Part shown: one piece after another, positions 20,201 through 32,584 of the stretch | Layout of the letters: each line of letters begins with the position of its first letter | How positions within the stretch are numbered: the first letter of the stretch is position 1 | NCBI GenBank assembly: GCA_001823095.1 | Contig: MHTL01000014.1 | Location: 1,881-65,880, forward strand | Direction: 5' to 3' | DNA: 64,000 nt | Origin: Candidatus Vogelbacteria bacterium RIFOXYD1_FULL_51_18 | Lineage (GTDB): Bacteria; Patescibacteriota; Minisyncoccia; Phycocordibacterales; UBA9988 | The notes under the pieces: generated by a model | Told to the model about the DNA's origin: nothing | Seen by the model: the letters and a program-made list of their open reading frames with translations, nothing else | The model's database searches: none | Translations under genes and position numbers: made by a program

Positions 20201-20421
20201 TTGGAGAAATGGAAGTCTGGGCGCTGGAGGGTTACGGCGCCGCCTACACATTGCGCGAGATGCTCACTATCAAGTCAGACGACATTAGCGGGCGCTCGCA
20301 GGCCTTTGACTCAATTGTGAAGGGAGAGCATATTAAAGCCCCTTCCATTCCCGCATCGTTCAACGTATTACTCAATGAGCTCCGCGGGCTCGCGCTTGAC
20401 GTCGAGCTGGAAAACCTATAA
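17263..20421 (+). CDS. rpoB: RNA polymerase beta subunit
   Basis: GTFIINGIERVVV, RDVHTSHYGRLCPI, GDKLAGRHGNKG, GQRFGEME. Confidence 0.99.
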   Translation: MKLTKKYFSKYTKPLAEVPDLVELQLNSFRWLVKEGLAEVFKEFSPIKDYSEKKFDLTFKDFAIEEPKYDEQHAKENNLTYEAPLVASVVLKSKNFEHEQKIFLADFPLMTAHGTFIINGIERVVVPQLARSFGVFFTANDLRGKKHFGAKVIPSRGAWIEFETELDGCVYVRIDRKRKIPATALLRLFGDTEGKGSTEAIQKAFAHLESETPYIKNTLDKEAFNSIDQSFVEVYKRLRDSDLVTIPGAREFIKNLFSAERYDLSLVGRYRLNQRFGLPTSGEEAGRRTLSFDDLVRIVSHIITLNSAKGAKEDDIDHLGLRRVRLVGEMLQQRVRVGMTQMKRYIQDKMSTADQETMFPIQLISPRPLQARIKEFFTTNQLSQFMRQDNVLAEIEHLRTLSAMGPGGLTRERAGFEVRDVHTSHYGRLCPIHTPEGPNIGLILRLTTYARINDLGIIETPYRRVQKGVVTDEVVYLNALDEEQYNIAHASVPYDEHMRLIDDEVEVRAKTKPGMVGKGEVHFIDVAPNQAYSVATSMIPFLEHDDANRALMGSNMQKQAVPCVKPEAPHVATGMEELAARFTGRLIFSDIDGEVAEVDGEHILIKGHDGGKRDHKLITFGRTNDFTAFHQRPAVSLHDTVKKGDLLADTSSSAGGQMALGQNVFVAFMTWEGANYEDAIVMSERLVRENIFTNIHIEEFVCNVRDTKLGPELTTRDIPNVGEAKLKNLDEEGIVRIGAEVGPNDILVGKITAKGETELTPEERLLRSIFGEKVRDVKDTSLRMSHGKRGRIIGIKVFSRDNGDKLESGIIKQVHIEVAQVRNVSVGDKLAGRHGNKGVIAKILPVEDMPYTEDGTPIDVVLTPLGVPSRMNLGQILEMHLGLAARMLGYQAMTPVFQGADPEEIKDELEKAGYPRDGKVTLYDGRTGVPFEQKIAVGSMYVLKLHHMVEDKIHMRSIGPYSLITQQPLGGRAQGGGQRFGEMEVWALEGYGAAYTLREMLTIKSDDISGRSQAFDSIVKGEHIKAPSIPASFNVLLNELRGLALDVELENL

Positions 20422-20425
20422 TCAT

Positions 20426-23400
20426 ATGCCACAAAAAGAGATAAAAACGGACTTTAATGCCATCTCGCTCAAGCTCGCTTCGCCCGAGCGGATCCGCGAG
20501 TGGTCCTGCGGCGAGGTGACCAAGCCGGAAACGATTAACTATCGCACCCAACGCAGTGAGCGCGGCGGCCTCTTTGATGAAAAAATATTCGGCCCCGAGA
20601 AAGACTATGAGTGCTACTGCGGCAAGTATCGCCGCATCCGCTATAAGGATATCATTTGCGAAAAATGCGGAGTAGAAGTCACGCGCTCCATTGTGCGTCG
20701 TGAACGCATGGGACACATTGAACTGGCGAGTCCTGTGGCGCATATCTGGTTTCTGCGCGGCGTTCCCTCGCGTATTGGGATGGTGCTCAACCTCTCGGTA
20801 AGCGATTTGGAGAAAGTCATCTACTTTGCCGGCTACATCATCACCCGCGTGAATGAGGAGGAGAAAGCGGAGCTTCTCAAGCGTTTGGACTCTGAATTTA
20901 AAGCAAAGAGCAAGTCGCTCACGGGAAAAGAGGATACCGAGAAACTCCGCGATGCGCTTTTGGATGCCAAACGCGAAGTAGAGTCTCTCGTCAAATGGCG
21001 CGTCCTTGACGAGATGAGCTACCATCGCTACTCTATGAAGTACGCAACTGTCTTTGAAGCGGGCATCGGCGCCGAAGCGATACACAACATCTTCAAGGGC
21101 ATTGACCTCACTGCGTTGGCGCAGGAACTCTCGCAGAACCTGGTCAAGGCAAGCTCCCTGGACCGCGCAAAAATCCAAAAGCGCTACAACCTTTTCAAAT
21201 CCATGATCCAGTCCGGCGTGCGGCCCGAGTGGATGTTCATTACCGTCGTGCCAGTCATCCCGCCGGCGCTTCGGCCCATGGTTGCTCTCGACGGCGGCCG
21301 GCACGCGACCTCTGACGTCAACGACCTCTATCGCCGCGTGATTAATCGCAATAACCGCCTCAAGAAGCTCAAGGACTTGAGCGCGCCGGATGTAATTCTC
21401 CGCAACGAGAAGCGCATTCTGCAAGAGGCAGTTGACGATCTATTGGACAATTCCATTCATGCGCGCCAGAGCGCGACCAGCCAGGCCAGGGCGCGCACTC
21501 TCAAGTCGCTCTCCGACAGTATCAAGGGCAAGCAGGGCCGCTTTAGGCAGAATCTCCTAGGCAAGCGCGTTGACTACTCCGGCCGCAGCGTAATCGTCGT
21601 CGGCCCAGAACTCAAGCTTGACCAGTGTGGACTCCCCAAGCACATGGCGCTGGAGCTCTTCCGCCCCTTTGTGATAGGGAAGCTCCTTGAAGCCGAACTT
21701 GCCTACAACATCCGTGGCGCGGGCAAGCTTATTGAAGAGGAAATCCCGGAGGTATGGGCAATCCTTGAAGATGTCATTCGCGAAAAGTACGTGCTCCTCA
21801 ACCGCGCGCCGACCCTGCACCGCCTCGGTATTCAGGCTTTCCGTCCCGTGCTCATTGAAGGCAATGCCATCCAGGTGCACCCCATGGTCTGTGCCGCATT
21901 TAATGCCGACTTTGACGGCGACCAGATGGCCGTGCACGTGCCCTTGGGCAATGCCGCCCAGCGCGAAGCGCGCGAACTTATTGCCTCGCGCAAGAATCTC
22001 CTGCGTCCGGGCTCGGGGGACCCTGTGGTCAATCCCACTCTAGACATGGTGCTCGGCGTATATTGGATGACGAAAGAAATGCCCGGAGAGAATGGGGAAG
22101 GCGGGGTATACGCTGACTATGAGAGCGCACTCCTCGCGCATGACTTTGGTGTCCTGTCTCTCAGGGCAAAAATCAGTGTGCAGAAGCCGACTGCCAAAAA
22201 GTTTGAGAGCTTCCCTGAAGGCAGGATTGAAACCACGCTTGGCCGTCTCATGTGGAATGCCATCTTCCCGGACGACTTCCCCTTCATGAACGGCGAGGTG
22301 ACGAGAAAGGATGTTGCCGAAGTGGTCTCGCGCGTCTTTGACCTCTACGGAGCGGAGCAGACCCCAGATATTTTAGACAAGATTAAGTATTTTGGCTTTC
22401 ACTACGCGACAGTCTCCGGCATCACCTGGGGTATTGACGACGTGAGCGTCCCCAAAAACAAAGGAAAGATTATTGAAGAGTCCAAGAAGGAAGCCCTCGC
22501 CATTGAGGAGCAGTATGCCGATGGACTCCTCTCCGAGGAAGAGCGCTACCGCATGGTGATTGAAGTCTGGCAACGCGCCAAGATGCGCATTGACAAGGAT
22601 GTCCCACAGGCATTGCCGACAAACGGCCCCGTAAGCGATATGCTCCATTCCGGCGCACGCGGCTCCATCAATCAAGTAAGCCAAATGGCAGGCATGAAGG
22701 GTCTCATCATCAACCCCGCGGGGCGGCTCGTGGACTACCCGATCATCCCTTCGTACAAGGAGGGTCTCTCACCGATTGAATACTTCGTCACCACGCATGG
22801 CTCGCGCAAGACGCTCGCCGACACGGCGCTCAACACCGCCAAGGCGGGCTACCTGACGCGTAAGCTCGTTGACGTGTCGCAGGACGTCGTTGTCCGCGAG
22901 GGAGACTGCGGCACTAAGGAAGGGAAAAAGATTTCGCTTGAGAATATTCCCGTCTTTGATTCCGGCATCGGGAACACCGTCCGCGGCCGCATCCTTGCCG
23001 CAGACATGCTCTCTCCCGACGGCACAACGCTCTTTTCCCGCGGCCACTTGGTGAGCAAGGCGGACGCAAAAAAAATTGATGAGGCGAAGGTTTCCGAGGC
23101 GATCGTGCGCTCGTCGCTCACCTGCAAGTCGCTTGAAGGGATCTGCACGTCCTGTTACGGCATAGATCTGGGGCGCGGGAGGCTTGTGGCATCGGGCGAG
23201 ACCGTCGGTATCGTGGCGGCGCAGGCCATTGGCGAGCCGGGCACCCAGCTTACCATGCGCACCAAGCACTCGGGAGGCGTTGACACCAAGGGCGATATCG
23301 TCGGGGGCCTCCCGCGCGTTGAGGAGATTTTTGAGCGCCGCACGCCGAAAAACCCCGCCGTTCTTTCTGAAGTTGACGGGACCGTGACGGAAATCAAAAC

Positions 23401-24043
23401 TTCAGGTCGTGAACGCGTTATCACCTTGCTCCCCGACATCGAAAGCAAGAAGAAGAAGGACGCGAGCTTCCAGTACTCGGTGCTCTTCCCGCGTACGGTT
23501 ACCGTTGCGGAAGGCGACCGGGTGAAGAAGGGGGAACCCCTCACCGACGGACCCATCATCATCCCTGACCTCTTTAAGTTTGCCGGCAAAGCCGCAACGG
23601 AAGACTATATTTTGAAGGAAATTGAGAGTATCTACCACTTGCAAGGCGCATCTATCTCACGCAAGCATATTGAGGTGGTCATTCGGCAGATGTTTAGCCG
23701 CAGGAAGATTAAGACGGCAGGCGACACACACTTTGTGTCCGGAGAAATTGTTGAGCTACGCGAACTCTCCGAGGAGAACGACCGCATTGCGCAGGAGGGC
23801 GGCGAAGCCGCGACGGAGGATATTATTGTGCTCGGCATTACCGAGGTTGCGCTCAACACGGAGAGTTTCCTCTCGGCTGCATCCTTCCAGAACACCACGC
23901 GCATTCTTATTGATACTGCCGTCAAGGGTGGCATGGATCACTTGCGCGGACTCAAAGAGAACGTCATTGTCGGACGTCTCATACCGGCGGGCACGAGCCT
24001 GCAGTCAGATTTTGCGCTTGAAGACAAGCAAGAGGACTTTTGA
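20426..24043 (+). CDS. rpoC: RNA polymerase beta' subunit
   Basis: [36 protein letters not shown]. Confidence 0.99.
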   Translation: MPQKEIKTDFNAISLKLASPERIREWSCGEVTKPETINYRTQRSERGGLFDEKIFGPEKDYECYCGKYRRIRYKDIICEKCGVEVTRSIVRRERMGHIELASPVAHIWFLRGVPSRIGMVLNLSVSDLEKVIYFAGYIITRVNEEEKAELLKRLDSEFKAKSKSLTGKEDTEKLRDALLDAKREVESLVKWRVLDEMSYHRYSMKYATVFEAGIGAEAIHNIFKGIDLTALAQELSQNLVKASSLDRAKIQKRYNLFKSMIQSGVRPEWMFITVVPVIPPALRPMVALDGGRHATSDVNDLYRRVINRNNRLKKLKDLSAPDVILRNEKRILQEAVDDLLDNSIHARQSATSQARARTLKSLSDSIKGKQGRFRQNLLGKRVDYSGRSVIVVGPELKLDQCGLPKHMALELFRPFVIGKLLEAELAYNIRGAGKLIEEEIPEVWAILEDVIREKYVLLNRAPTLHRLGIQAFRPVLIEGNAIQVHPMVCAAFNADFDGDQMAVHVPLGNAAQREARELIASRKNLLRPGSGDPVVNPTLDMVLGVYWMTKEMPGENGEGGVYADYESALLAHDFGVLSLRAKISVQKPTAKKFESFPEGRIETTLGRLMWNAIFPDDFPFMNGEVTRKDVAEVVSRVFDLYGAEQTPDILDKIKYFGFHYATVSGITWGIDDVSVPKNKGKIIEESKKEALAIEEQYADGLLSEEERYRMVIEVWQRAKMRIDKDVPQALPTNGPVSDMLHSGARGSINQVSQMAGMKGLIINPAGRLVDYPIIPSYKEGLSPIEYFVTTHGSRKTLADTALNTAKAGYLTRKLVDVSQDVVVREGDCGTKEGKKISLENIPVFDSGIGNTVRGRILAADMLSPDGTTLFSRGHLVSKADAKKIDEAKVSEAIVRSSLTCKSLEGICTSCYGIDLGRGRLVASGETVGIVAAQAIGEPGTQLTMRTKHSGGVDTKGDIVGGLPRVEEIFERRTPKNPAVLSEVDGTVTEIKTSGRERVITLLPDIESKKKKDASFQYSVLFPRTVTVAEGDRVKKGEPLTDGPIIIPDLFKFAGKAATEDYILKEIESIYHLQGASISRKHIEVVIRQMFSRRKIKTAGDTHFVSGEIVELRELSEENDRIAQEGGEAATEDIIVLGITEVALNTESFLSAASFQNTTRILIDTAVKGGMDHLRGLKENVIVGRLIPAGTSLQSDFALEDKQEDF

Positions 24044-24048
24044 TGAAA

Positions 24049-24086
24049 AGACACCGAGTGTTTAGGTGCCCCAACACTCGGTGTCT
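24049..24086. repeat. ACACCGAGTGT-family hairpin between rpoC and dnaG
   Basis: agacaccgagtgtt-10nt-aacactcggtgtct. Confidence 0.88.
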
Positions 24087-24098
24087 CTCATTATACAT

Positions 24099-25830
24099 AT
24101 GCAGACTCCCGTTGAACAAATCAAGGAGCGGCTCTCCATCGTGGATGTGGTGGGGGAGTATGTAAAGCTCGAGCGCGCGGGCAAGGCCTTTCGTACGCGT
24201 TGCCCCTTCCATAACGAGAAGACCGCATCCTTTTACGTCTCGCCAGAGCGCGGGAGCTGGCACTGTTTTGGCTGTCACCGCGGGGGCGACATCTTTAGCT
24301 TTATGCAGGAGATAGAGGGCTATGATTTCCGCGCCGCGCTTGAAGCGCTCGCAACCCGCGCGGGAGTGACGCTTACAAACGTCAATCCCAAAGAGCAGTC
24401 GCTGAAGCACGAACTCTTGCGGCTCCTGGAAGAAGCGACGCTTTTTTATCAGCGTGCGCTCCTTACCACTGCGGAGCCGAAGGAATACCTTAAGAACCGT
24501 GGCATCGTCGCAGAGAGCGTGCGGCGTTTTCGCATCGGCTACGCGCCGCGCGAGTGGCGCGCTCTCTTTGACCATCTGAAGAGCAAGGGATTCAGCCCCG
24601 CGCGCATAGAGGATAGCGGCCTTGCCGTACGGCGGGGTGATAGCAGTGTATCACTCGGCGCCGGGCACTACGATCGATTCCGCGGGCGCATCATCTTCCC
24701 CATCGGCAATACCGAAGGGTCGGTTATCGGCTTCTCGGGCAGAATCCTGCCCGGAGCGGATACTGATACAGAGAAGGAAGCTAAGTACATTAACACGCCG
24801 CAGACGGCGCTCTATGACAAGTCGCGGGCGCTCTTTGGCTACCGCGAAGCGAAGGAGTCAATCCGCCATGAGGACCTTGCCATATTGGTAGAAGGTCAGA
24901 TGGATGTGGTGCTCTCGCACCAAGCAGGAGTGCGCAATGTAGTTGCGGTCTCCGGCACTGCACTTACCACGGGGCACCTCGGGATTCTGTGGCGGCTTAC
25001 CGAGAAGCTCCTCATGGCCTTTGACGCAGACGCCGCAGGAATTGCCGCCGCAGAGCGTAGTATCTACACGGCGCTGGAAGCCGGATTTGACGTCTCGGTT
25101 GCAACGCTCCCGGAAGGCAGGGACCCTGCTGACCTCGTGCGGGAGCTTCCCTCGCGCTGGCATGATGCTTTGCAAGGCGCCCTCCATGTGATAGATTTTT
25201 ACCTAACAGTTCTTTCACGCACGGTGCCGGATGTGCGGCAGCGAGGAAGGGCGGTGCGAGAACGCGTACTCCCCTTGGTTAGCCGTCTAAGAAGCGAAAT
25301 AGACAAGGCGCATTTTATAGGCAAGATTGCCGCGTCACTTTCCATCCCCGAAGAGCCGCTCTGGCGGGAACTCTCGCGGGTAAACGCTCCGAAGGGCACG
25401 GGGGAAATCCCACTTGCCGGCAAGATATCTGCGCTTGTTCCGGATCAGCCCGTGAAGACGGCGCAGTCCATTGCCCACGACCGACTCCGCGGCATCTGCT
25501 ACTGGCAAGAGCGTAGCAAGCGCCCCCTGATTGAGGTTGCGGCGCTTACGGAGACGCTTGCCGAATTTGAAGAGGGAGCCTCTGTAGTTTCTGACGCGCG
25601 GAAAGAAGAGCTCATTTTTGAAGCGGAGCAGATGTACGGTTCTGTGGAGAAACTGGACGTTGAAATCAAGTCGCTTCTCCAATCACTCTCGGAGTACCGA
25701 CTCCGAGAGTCCTTCTCCCGCGCGATGGAGGATCTCAAGCGCGCGGAGGTAGCAGGCGATACTGTCGCCGTGCAGACGGCACTCAAGGAATGCCAACGCA
25801 TTACGCAGCAATTAAATAATTTACAACGCC

Positions 25831-25838
<8 letters not shown>
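24099..25838 (+). CDS. dnaG: DNA primase
   Basis: [41 protein letters not shown]. Confidence 0.97.
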
Positions 25839-27069
<1,231 letters not shown>

Positions 27070-27131
27070 GCAAAAAGAAAGACCACGCTGGCGAGCCATG
27101 GTGGTCAGTTGCTTTAAAGGGAGATAGAACG

Positions 27132-27341
27132 CTACCAATCAAAATGGTAACCTATTATCCCAAAAAGTATCCCAAAAAAGGCAGTAGGTATACTAACCCA
27201 CAAAGTAGCTCCGAGCCAATCCACCGTCCCTCCAACTTCGAGGATTTGTACCAAAGGAAAGGCACATGCGATCATTACAGTGATCGCTACCGGAATGCCA
27301 AAAGCAAACCCCTTCCCAATCCTACCCCATCTGTTTAGCAT
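27132..27341 (-). CDS. Small two-TM membrane protein
   Basis: Two hydrophobic segments; GGAGG SD; own promoter. Confidence 0.6.
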   Translation of the reverse strand: MLNRWGRIGKGFAFGIPVAITVMIACAFPLVQILEVGGTVDWLGATLWVSIPTAFFGILFGIIGYHFDW

Positions 27342-27400
27342 CGCATCCTCCTCTCAAAGTCCTTTTCACTAGGCGGCGCCTAGGTTTCTGTCTAATAGAC

Positions 27401-27429
27401 AGTATAGCATACTGACTATTAAAAGTCAA
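27401..27429 (-). promoter_or_regulatory. Sigma70 promoter
   Basis: TTGACT-17bp-TATACT with extended TG. Confidence 0.7.
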
Positions 27430-27442
27430 GTTTTTTTGCATG

Positions 27443-27476
27443 TACTAATTTATTCACGATCGTGAATAAATTAGTA
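27443..27476. repeat. Perfect 34-bp palindrome, CACGATCGTG core
   Basis: tactaatttattcacgatcgtgaataaattagta. Confidence 0.95.
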
Positions 27477-27571
27477 TGTTTGTGGGTGATAAAGAACCCC
27501 GTCTAATCTGCTAAAGCAGACGGACGGGGCGAGATGTTAGGTTACTCGAAGTGACTGGAGTCCGACTTCAG

Positions 27572-27775
27572 TCAATCAGAGCGGTACTTTTTGGCCGGTG
27601 GCCGATGAGCATCTTGCTCTTGGTAATATATGCGCTTGCAGAGGGCGCATGAGTTGATTTCGTTCATGAGCGCTCTCCGTTTGTCAAAATCCACTTCTCC
27701 TGCGGCAAGTTGCTTGATGACTTCTCTTTTTATACATCGATGCACCGTGCTCTGTGTGTTAGATATAGCCGGCAC
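27572..27775 (-). CDS. Small hypothetical protein (CxxC)
   Basis: GGGAGG SD before a GTG; hairpin downstream at 27497-27529. Confidence 0.45.
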   Translation of the reverse strand: MPAISNTQSTVHRCIKREVIKQLAAGEVDFDKRRALMNEINSCALCKRIYYQEQDAHRPPAKKYRSD

Positions 27776-27836
27776 GCTGTCCACCTCCCTTCTTTTTTTA
27801 ATGTAGCACAGAGAAGCTCTGTGGTAAAATAAAAAC

Positions 27837-29102
27837 ATGCGTATACGGAACTTTTATGAACTAGGGAAGACACAGGCGCGACGCGACGCGCTCTCCATCC
27901 TTGAAGCGGGCTACAATGCCATAGACACGCGCACCGTGCTTAAAAAAAAGATTACGAATGATGGCTCTACACTCTGCCTTGATGGTGAAAATTATATCTG
28001 TGCCGAATATGACCGCATCTTTGTCATCGCCATTGGCAAATGCGCCCTTGAGGGCGCAGAGGCGCTAGAAGATATTTTAGGCGATACCATCACCGACGGC
28101 ATTGTCCTGGACTTGCGCGTGGGGCCCTTAAAAAAACTGCGCTCCTACGCAGGCACACACCCCTATCCCAGCGAAATAAATGTGAGCGTCTCGCGCGAAG
28201 TGGTCAAGCTCCTGCGCGGCGTCACCGAGCGCGACCTGGTGCTGGTGCTCATCTCCGGCGGCGGCTCCTCACTCCTTTGTTTGCCTTTTGACATTTCTTG
28301 CGAGGCCTTAGCCGAGCTGACCAAAGAGCTTACGCATAAAGGCGTCGATATCTATGAGCTTAACACGGTGCGCAAACATCTCTCCGAGATCCAGGGCGGC
28401 CACCTCGCGCGCCTTGCATACCCCGCGCATGTCGTCTCGCTCATTTTCTCCGACGTGCCGGGCAACGATATCTCCGTCATTGCATCCGGCCCCACTGTGC
28501 TGGACAAGAGCAGTGCGGACGACGCGCGCGCCGTGCTCACGAAGTACGCTATCAAGGGCGTGGAGCGCCTTTCCGAGACCCCCAAGGACCCTAAGTACTT
28601 TGAGCGCGTGCACAATACGCTCATCCTCACCAATCACGATGCGCTCCTTGCTATGAAGGCCTGCGCCGAGTCCCGGGGCTATAACAGCAAGGTGCTTACG
28701 GAAGATTTGCGTGGCGAGGCGCGCGAGGTGGGCAAGAAGCTCGCAGAGCTCGCGCTCCCATACCGCGCGTGCGCGATTGCCGGCGGCGAGACTACCGTGC
28801 ACATAGCAAACGATGCGGGCTATGGCGGCAGGAACATGGAGGTGGTGCTCGCGGCGTTGCCGCACCTAGACGAGCACAGCGTCATTATTGCGGCGGCGAG
28901 CGACGGCTGGGACAACACCGATATTGCCGGCGCCATCGGCGATAAAAATTTTTTTACGCTCGCAGTGGATAAAAACCTTGATGTGCGGACGCATCTGCGA
29001 GACAATACATCATACAACTTCTTCAGCGCGCTTGGCGCGGGGATCATGACGGGGAGGCTCGGGAGCAATGTATCTGATTTATTCATCGTTCTTAGGGTGT
29101 AA
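27837..29102 (+). CDS. Glycerate 2-kinase (DUF4147/MOFRL family)
   Basis: HPYP, LISGGGSSL, ELNTVRKHLS..GG, SDVPG..IASGPT, GGETTV, GGRNME. Confidence 0.92.
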   Translation: MRIRNFYELGKTQARRDALSILEAGYNAIDTRTVLKKKITNDGSTLCLDGENYICAEYDRIFVIAIGKCALEGAEALEDILGDTITDGIVLDLRVGPLKKLRSYAGTHPYPSEINVSVSREVVKLLRGVTERDLVLVLISGGGSSLLCLPFDISCEALAELTKELTHKGVDIYELNTVRKHLSEIQGGHLARLAYPAHVVSLIFSDVPGNDISVIASGPTVLDKSSADDARAVLTKYAIKGVERLSETPKDPKYFERVHNTLILTNHDALLAMKACAESRGYNSKVLTEDLRGEAREVGKKLAELALPYRACAIAGGETTVHIANDAGYGGRNMEVVLAALPHLDEHSVIIAAASDGWDNTDIAGAIGDKNFFTLAVDKNLDVRTHLRDNTSYNFFSALGAGIMTGRLGSNVSDLFIVLRV

Positions 29103-29113
29103 AAAAATTTTTT

Positions 29114-31543
29114 ATGAATGACAAAGAGACGCGCAACATCCTCTGGTTTGACCAGGTTGGCAATGATGATGTTGCGCTCGTTGGCGGGAAGAACGCCTCG
29201 CTCGGCGAGATGTACCAGCATCTCGTCCCAAAGGGAATCCGCATTCCCAACGGCTTTGTTATTACCGCGCGCGCCTACCGCGAGTTTGTAAACGAGACGA
29301 GCCTGGCGGCGATGATTCGCGAGACATTAGACGGGCTCAACACTAAAGACATCAGAGACCTGCAGTTGCGCGGCAAAAAAATCCGCGCAGCCTTTAGAGA
29401 AATTGAATTCCCCGCCGATATGGTCGCCGAGATACGCTCTGCCTATCGCGACCTCTCCAACGCCTACCACATGGATGAGGCAGACACGGCAGTGCGCTCC
29501 TCTGCAACCGCGGAGGACCTCCCGGGCGCAAGTTTTGCTGGAGAGCACGAGACGTACCTTAATGTGGTGGGCGAGGAGAAGGTGCTCTACGCCATCCGTG
29601 ACGCGATGGGCTCTCTTTTTACCGATCGCGCCATTTCCTACCGCGTGGACAAGGGCTTTGACCACTGTGCTATCGCGCTCTCCGTGGGCGTGCAGAAAAT
29701 GGTTCGCTCCGACAAAGGGGTGTCGGGCGTCATGTTCACCTTGGATACCGAGAGCGGCTTCAGGAATGTTGTGGAAATCAACGCTTCCTGGGGGCTCGGC
29801 GAGATGGTGGTGCAAGGCAAAGTAACGCCGGACGAGTACCTTGTCTTCAAACCCACTTTTAACCAGGGCTTCCGTCCTATCATCAGGAAAACCTTAGGCT
29901 CGAAAACAGTCAAGATGATTTACTCTACCCATAGTAAACGGCCTGTTCACTCCGCCTCTGGCGGAGTAAGGGAAGTAAAAGTTTCGCCAAAAGAGCGCAA
30001 CCGTTTTGTGCTCACTGATGACGAGATACTCACGCTCTCTCGCTGGGGCATGCAGATTGAGGAGCATTACAGCGGCCGCGCAGGGCACTCCGTACCGATG
30101 GATATGGAATGGGCCAAGGATGGCGAGAGTGGGGAGCTCTACATTGTGCAGGCGCGTCCCGAGACCGTGCAGGCGGAAAAAAAGAATCTCACCCGCACCG
30201 ACTACACGTTGCATACCAACGAGACGCCGATGGTGGAGGGCATCTCGGTAGGCACCAAAATTGTTTCTGGCAAGGCGCGTATCATTACCAAGACCGCAAA
30301 GCTCTACAAGTTCCAGCCCGGCGAAATTCTCATTACCGAGATTACCGACCCCGACTGGGAGCCGATCATGAAAATTGCCACCGCCATCGTCACCGAGAAA
30401 GGCGGGCGCACCTCGCACGCGGCAATCGTCAGCCGCGAGCTTGGCATCCCCGCAGTCATCGGAACGGGGAACGCCACAAAGAAAATCAAGACGGGAGAGC
30501 TTATCACTGTTGACACAAGCAGCGGGAGCGTGGGCCGCGTGTACGAAGGCAAGTTGGAATGGGAGGAGAGCACTTACAACGTCACTGACATCCCCGAGGT
30601 CAAGACTAAACTCTGCCTCAACGTGGGGAGTCCCGAGAGCGCATTTGTGCACTCCTTCCTCCCCAACAAGGGAGTAGGGCTTGCGCGCGAGGAATTCATT
30701 ATCGCCTCGCACATCCGGATTCATCCTCTCGCGCTCATCAATTTCAGTTCGCTCAAGTCTCGCTCCCTCAAAAAAAAGATTAACGAGCTTACTGCCGGCT
30801 ACGACGACAAAGTCGCCTTCTTTGTGGGCAAACTCGCTCAGGGCATTGGCGAGATTGGGGCCGCCTTCTGGCCCAACGATGTGATAGTGCGCTTTTCCGA
30901 CTTTAAGACCAACGAGTACGCGGCGCTTATCGGCGGCGCGGAATATGAGCCCGAGGAAGAAAATCCCATGCTCGGCTGGCGCGGCGCCTCGCGCTACGCC
31001 AATCCGCAATTTGCGCCTGCCTTTGGGCTGGAATGTCAGGCCATCAAAAAGGTGCGCGGCGACTACGGACTCAAGAATGTGCACGTGATGGTGCCCTTTT
31101 GCCGCACGCCGGAAGAAGGCGCGCGCGTGGTGGAGATTATGCGCGAGATGAAATTGCCTAAGGGCGAGGACGGGCTTAAGGTGCACGTGATGTGCGAGAT
31201 ACCCACTAACGTCCTGCGCGCCGATGAATTTTTGGACATCTTTGACGGATTTTCCATTGGCTCCAATGACCTTGCCCAACTCACCCTGGGGCTTGACCGC
31301 GACTCGTCCATTGTTGCGGGCATCTCCAACGAGAACGACCCTGCGGTGCGTACGCTCATTGCGGATGCCATTGCTGCCTGTCAGCGTCGTGGCAAGTATA
31401 TCGGCTTCTGCGGGCAGGCTCCTTCCGACTATCCCGACTTCCTCCGTTTCCTTGTTTCTAAAAAAATTGAGGCGGTATCACTCAATCCTGATTCGCTTGT
31501 CTCCATGACCTTTGAGGTTGCAAAAGAGGAGGAGAGGACGTAG
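29114..31543 (+). CDS. ppsA: Phosphoenolpyruvate synthase
   Basis: VGGKNASLGEM, VRSSATAED, GGRTSHAAIVSRE, FSIGSNDL. Confidence 0.97.
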   Translation: MNDKETRNILWFDQVGNDDVALVGGKNASLGEMYQHLVPKGIRIPNGFVITARAYREFVNETSLAAMIRETLDGLNTKDIRDLQLRGKKIRAAFREIEFPADMVAEIRSAYRDLSNAYHMDEADTAVRSSATAEDLPGASFAGEHETYLNVVGEEKVLYAIRDAMGSLFTDRAISYRVDKGFDHCAIALSVGVQKMVRSDKGVSGVMFTLDTESGFRNVVEINASWGLGEMVVQGKVTPDEYLVFKPTFNQGFRPIIRKTLGSKTVKMIYSTHSKRPVHSASGGVREVKVSPKERNRFVLTDDEILTLSRWGMQIEEHYSGRAGHSVPMDMEWAKDGESGELYIVQARPETVQAEKKNLTRTDYTLHTNETPMVEGISVGTKIVSGKARIITKTAKLYKFQPGEILITEITDPDWEPIMKIATAIVTEKGGRTSHAAIVSRELGIPAVIGTGNATKKIKTGELITVDTSSGSVGRVYEGKLEWEESTYNVTDIPEVKTKLCLNVGSPESAFVHSFLPNKGVGLAREEFIIASHIRIHPLALINFSSLKSRSLKKKINELTAGYDDKVAFFVGKLAQGIGEIGAAFWPNDVIVRFSDFKTNEYAALIGGAEYEPEEENPMLGWRGASRYANPQFAPAFGLECQAIKKVRGDYGLKNVHVMVPFCRTPEEGARVVEIMREMKLPKGEDGLKVHVMCEIPTNVLRADEFLDIFDGFSIGSNDLAQLTLGLDRDSSIVAGISNENDPAVRTLIADAIAACQRRGKYIGFCGQAPSDYPDFLRFLVSKKIEAVSLNPDSLVSMTFEVAKEEERT

Positions 31544-31552
31544 TATGGCGCC

Positions 31553-32554
31553 ATGAAGATACTTTACTGTTACAACGAGGACTGGGAGCGTGACTTTGTC
31601 ACCGAGCGGCTCACCGGCCATGAGCTTGTTTTTGTAAAAGGCACCTTGCAGGAGCAACACGAGCTCCCCGCGGATGCCGAGGCGCTCTCGCTGTTTGTAA
31701 ACTCCTCTGCCAGCGCGGAGCTTCTGGGGAAGCTCCCTGCGCTCAAGCTCATTGCGACGCGCTCGACTGGCTATGACCACATTGATACGAATTATGCGAA
31801 GGAGAAAGGGATAGCCGTTGCCTACGTGCCCACCTACGGCGAAAACACGGTTGCCGAGTTTGCCTTTGCTCTCCTTCTTTCACTCTCGCGCAAAATCTGC
31901 GATGCCTACGACCAGGTGCGCACAACAGGTTCCTTCTCACAGTTGGAGTTGCGCGGCTTTGACCTTAAGGGCAAGACCATCGGCATCGTGGGGACAGGGC
32001 ACATTGGCATGCACGCTATAGCGATGGCGCGCGGCTTTGACATGCGCATCCTTGCCTACGATGTGAAGGAAAATGCCGAAGCGGCAGGCAGACTTGGTTT
32101 CAGCTACCTTCCTTTTGAGGAGCTCCTCGCGCAGTCGGATATCCTCTCCCTGCACGCTCCCTACAACGAGCGCACGCATCACATGATTAATCGCGAAAGC
32201 ATTAAAAAAATGAAGCGTGGGAGCATCCTCATCAACACAGCCCGCGGCGGGCTTGTGGAGAGTGAGGCGCTTGTTGCGGCGCTCGAAGACGGCACGGTGG
32301 CAGGAGCGGGACTGGATGTGCTGGAGGGAGAGGGATTTATGGATAACGAAGTCGCCTTGCTTGCGAGCGAGGCGCCGCAGGTAGAGGACCTCAAACGCGC
32401 GCTAGCCAACCAGTACTTTATTGACCACCCGCGGGTCATCGTCACGCCGCACAATGCCTATAACACTCGCGAGGCCATTGAGCGCATCCTCGGTACCACC
32501 TGCGAGAATATCGTTTCCTTCGCACAAAGCAGACCCATACATCTCATACCCTAG
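31553..32554 (+). CDS. D-2-hydroxyacid dehydrogenase (D-LDH/hydroxypyruvate reductase-like)
   Basis: RSTGYDHID, GIVGTGHIG, INTARG, GLDVLE, TPHNA. Confidence 0.93.
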   Translation: MKILYCYNEDWERDFVTERLTGHELVFVKGTLQEQHELPADAEALSLFVNSSASAELLGKLPALKLIATRSTGYDHIDTNYAKEKGIAVAYVPTYGENTVAEFAFALLLSLSRKICDAYDQVRTTGSFSQLELRGFDLKGKTIGIVGTGHIGMHAIAMARGFDMRILAYDVKENAEAAGRLGFSYLPFEELLAQSDILSLHAPYNERTHHMINRESIKKMKRGSILINTARGGLVESEALVAALEDGTVAGAGLDVLEGEGFMDNEVALLASEAPQVEDLKRALANQYFIDHPRVIVTPHNAYNTREAIERILGTTCENIVSFAQSRPIHLIP

Positions 32555-32584
32555 ACAATGAGACCGCGGAGAATATACGGGGTT

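Noticed and set aside
20372-21424. Long antisense ORFs (also 29894-31279, 12452-13375, 60484-61461, 51685-52530, 1659-2435)
   Set aside because: Shadow frames of well-supported GC-rich genes; no motifs or translation signals.
24624-24654. Short inverted repeats in dnaG (also 25413-25424)
   Set aside because: Arms of only 5-6 bp with no match to the recurring families; may be chance.
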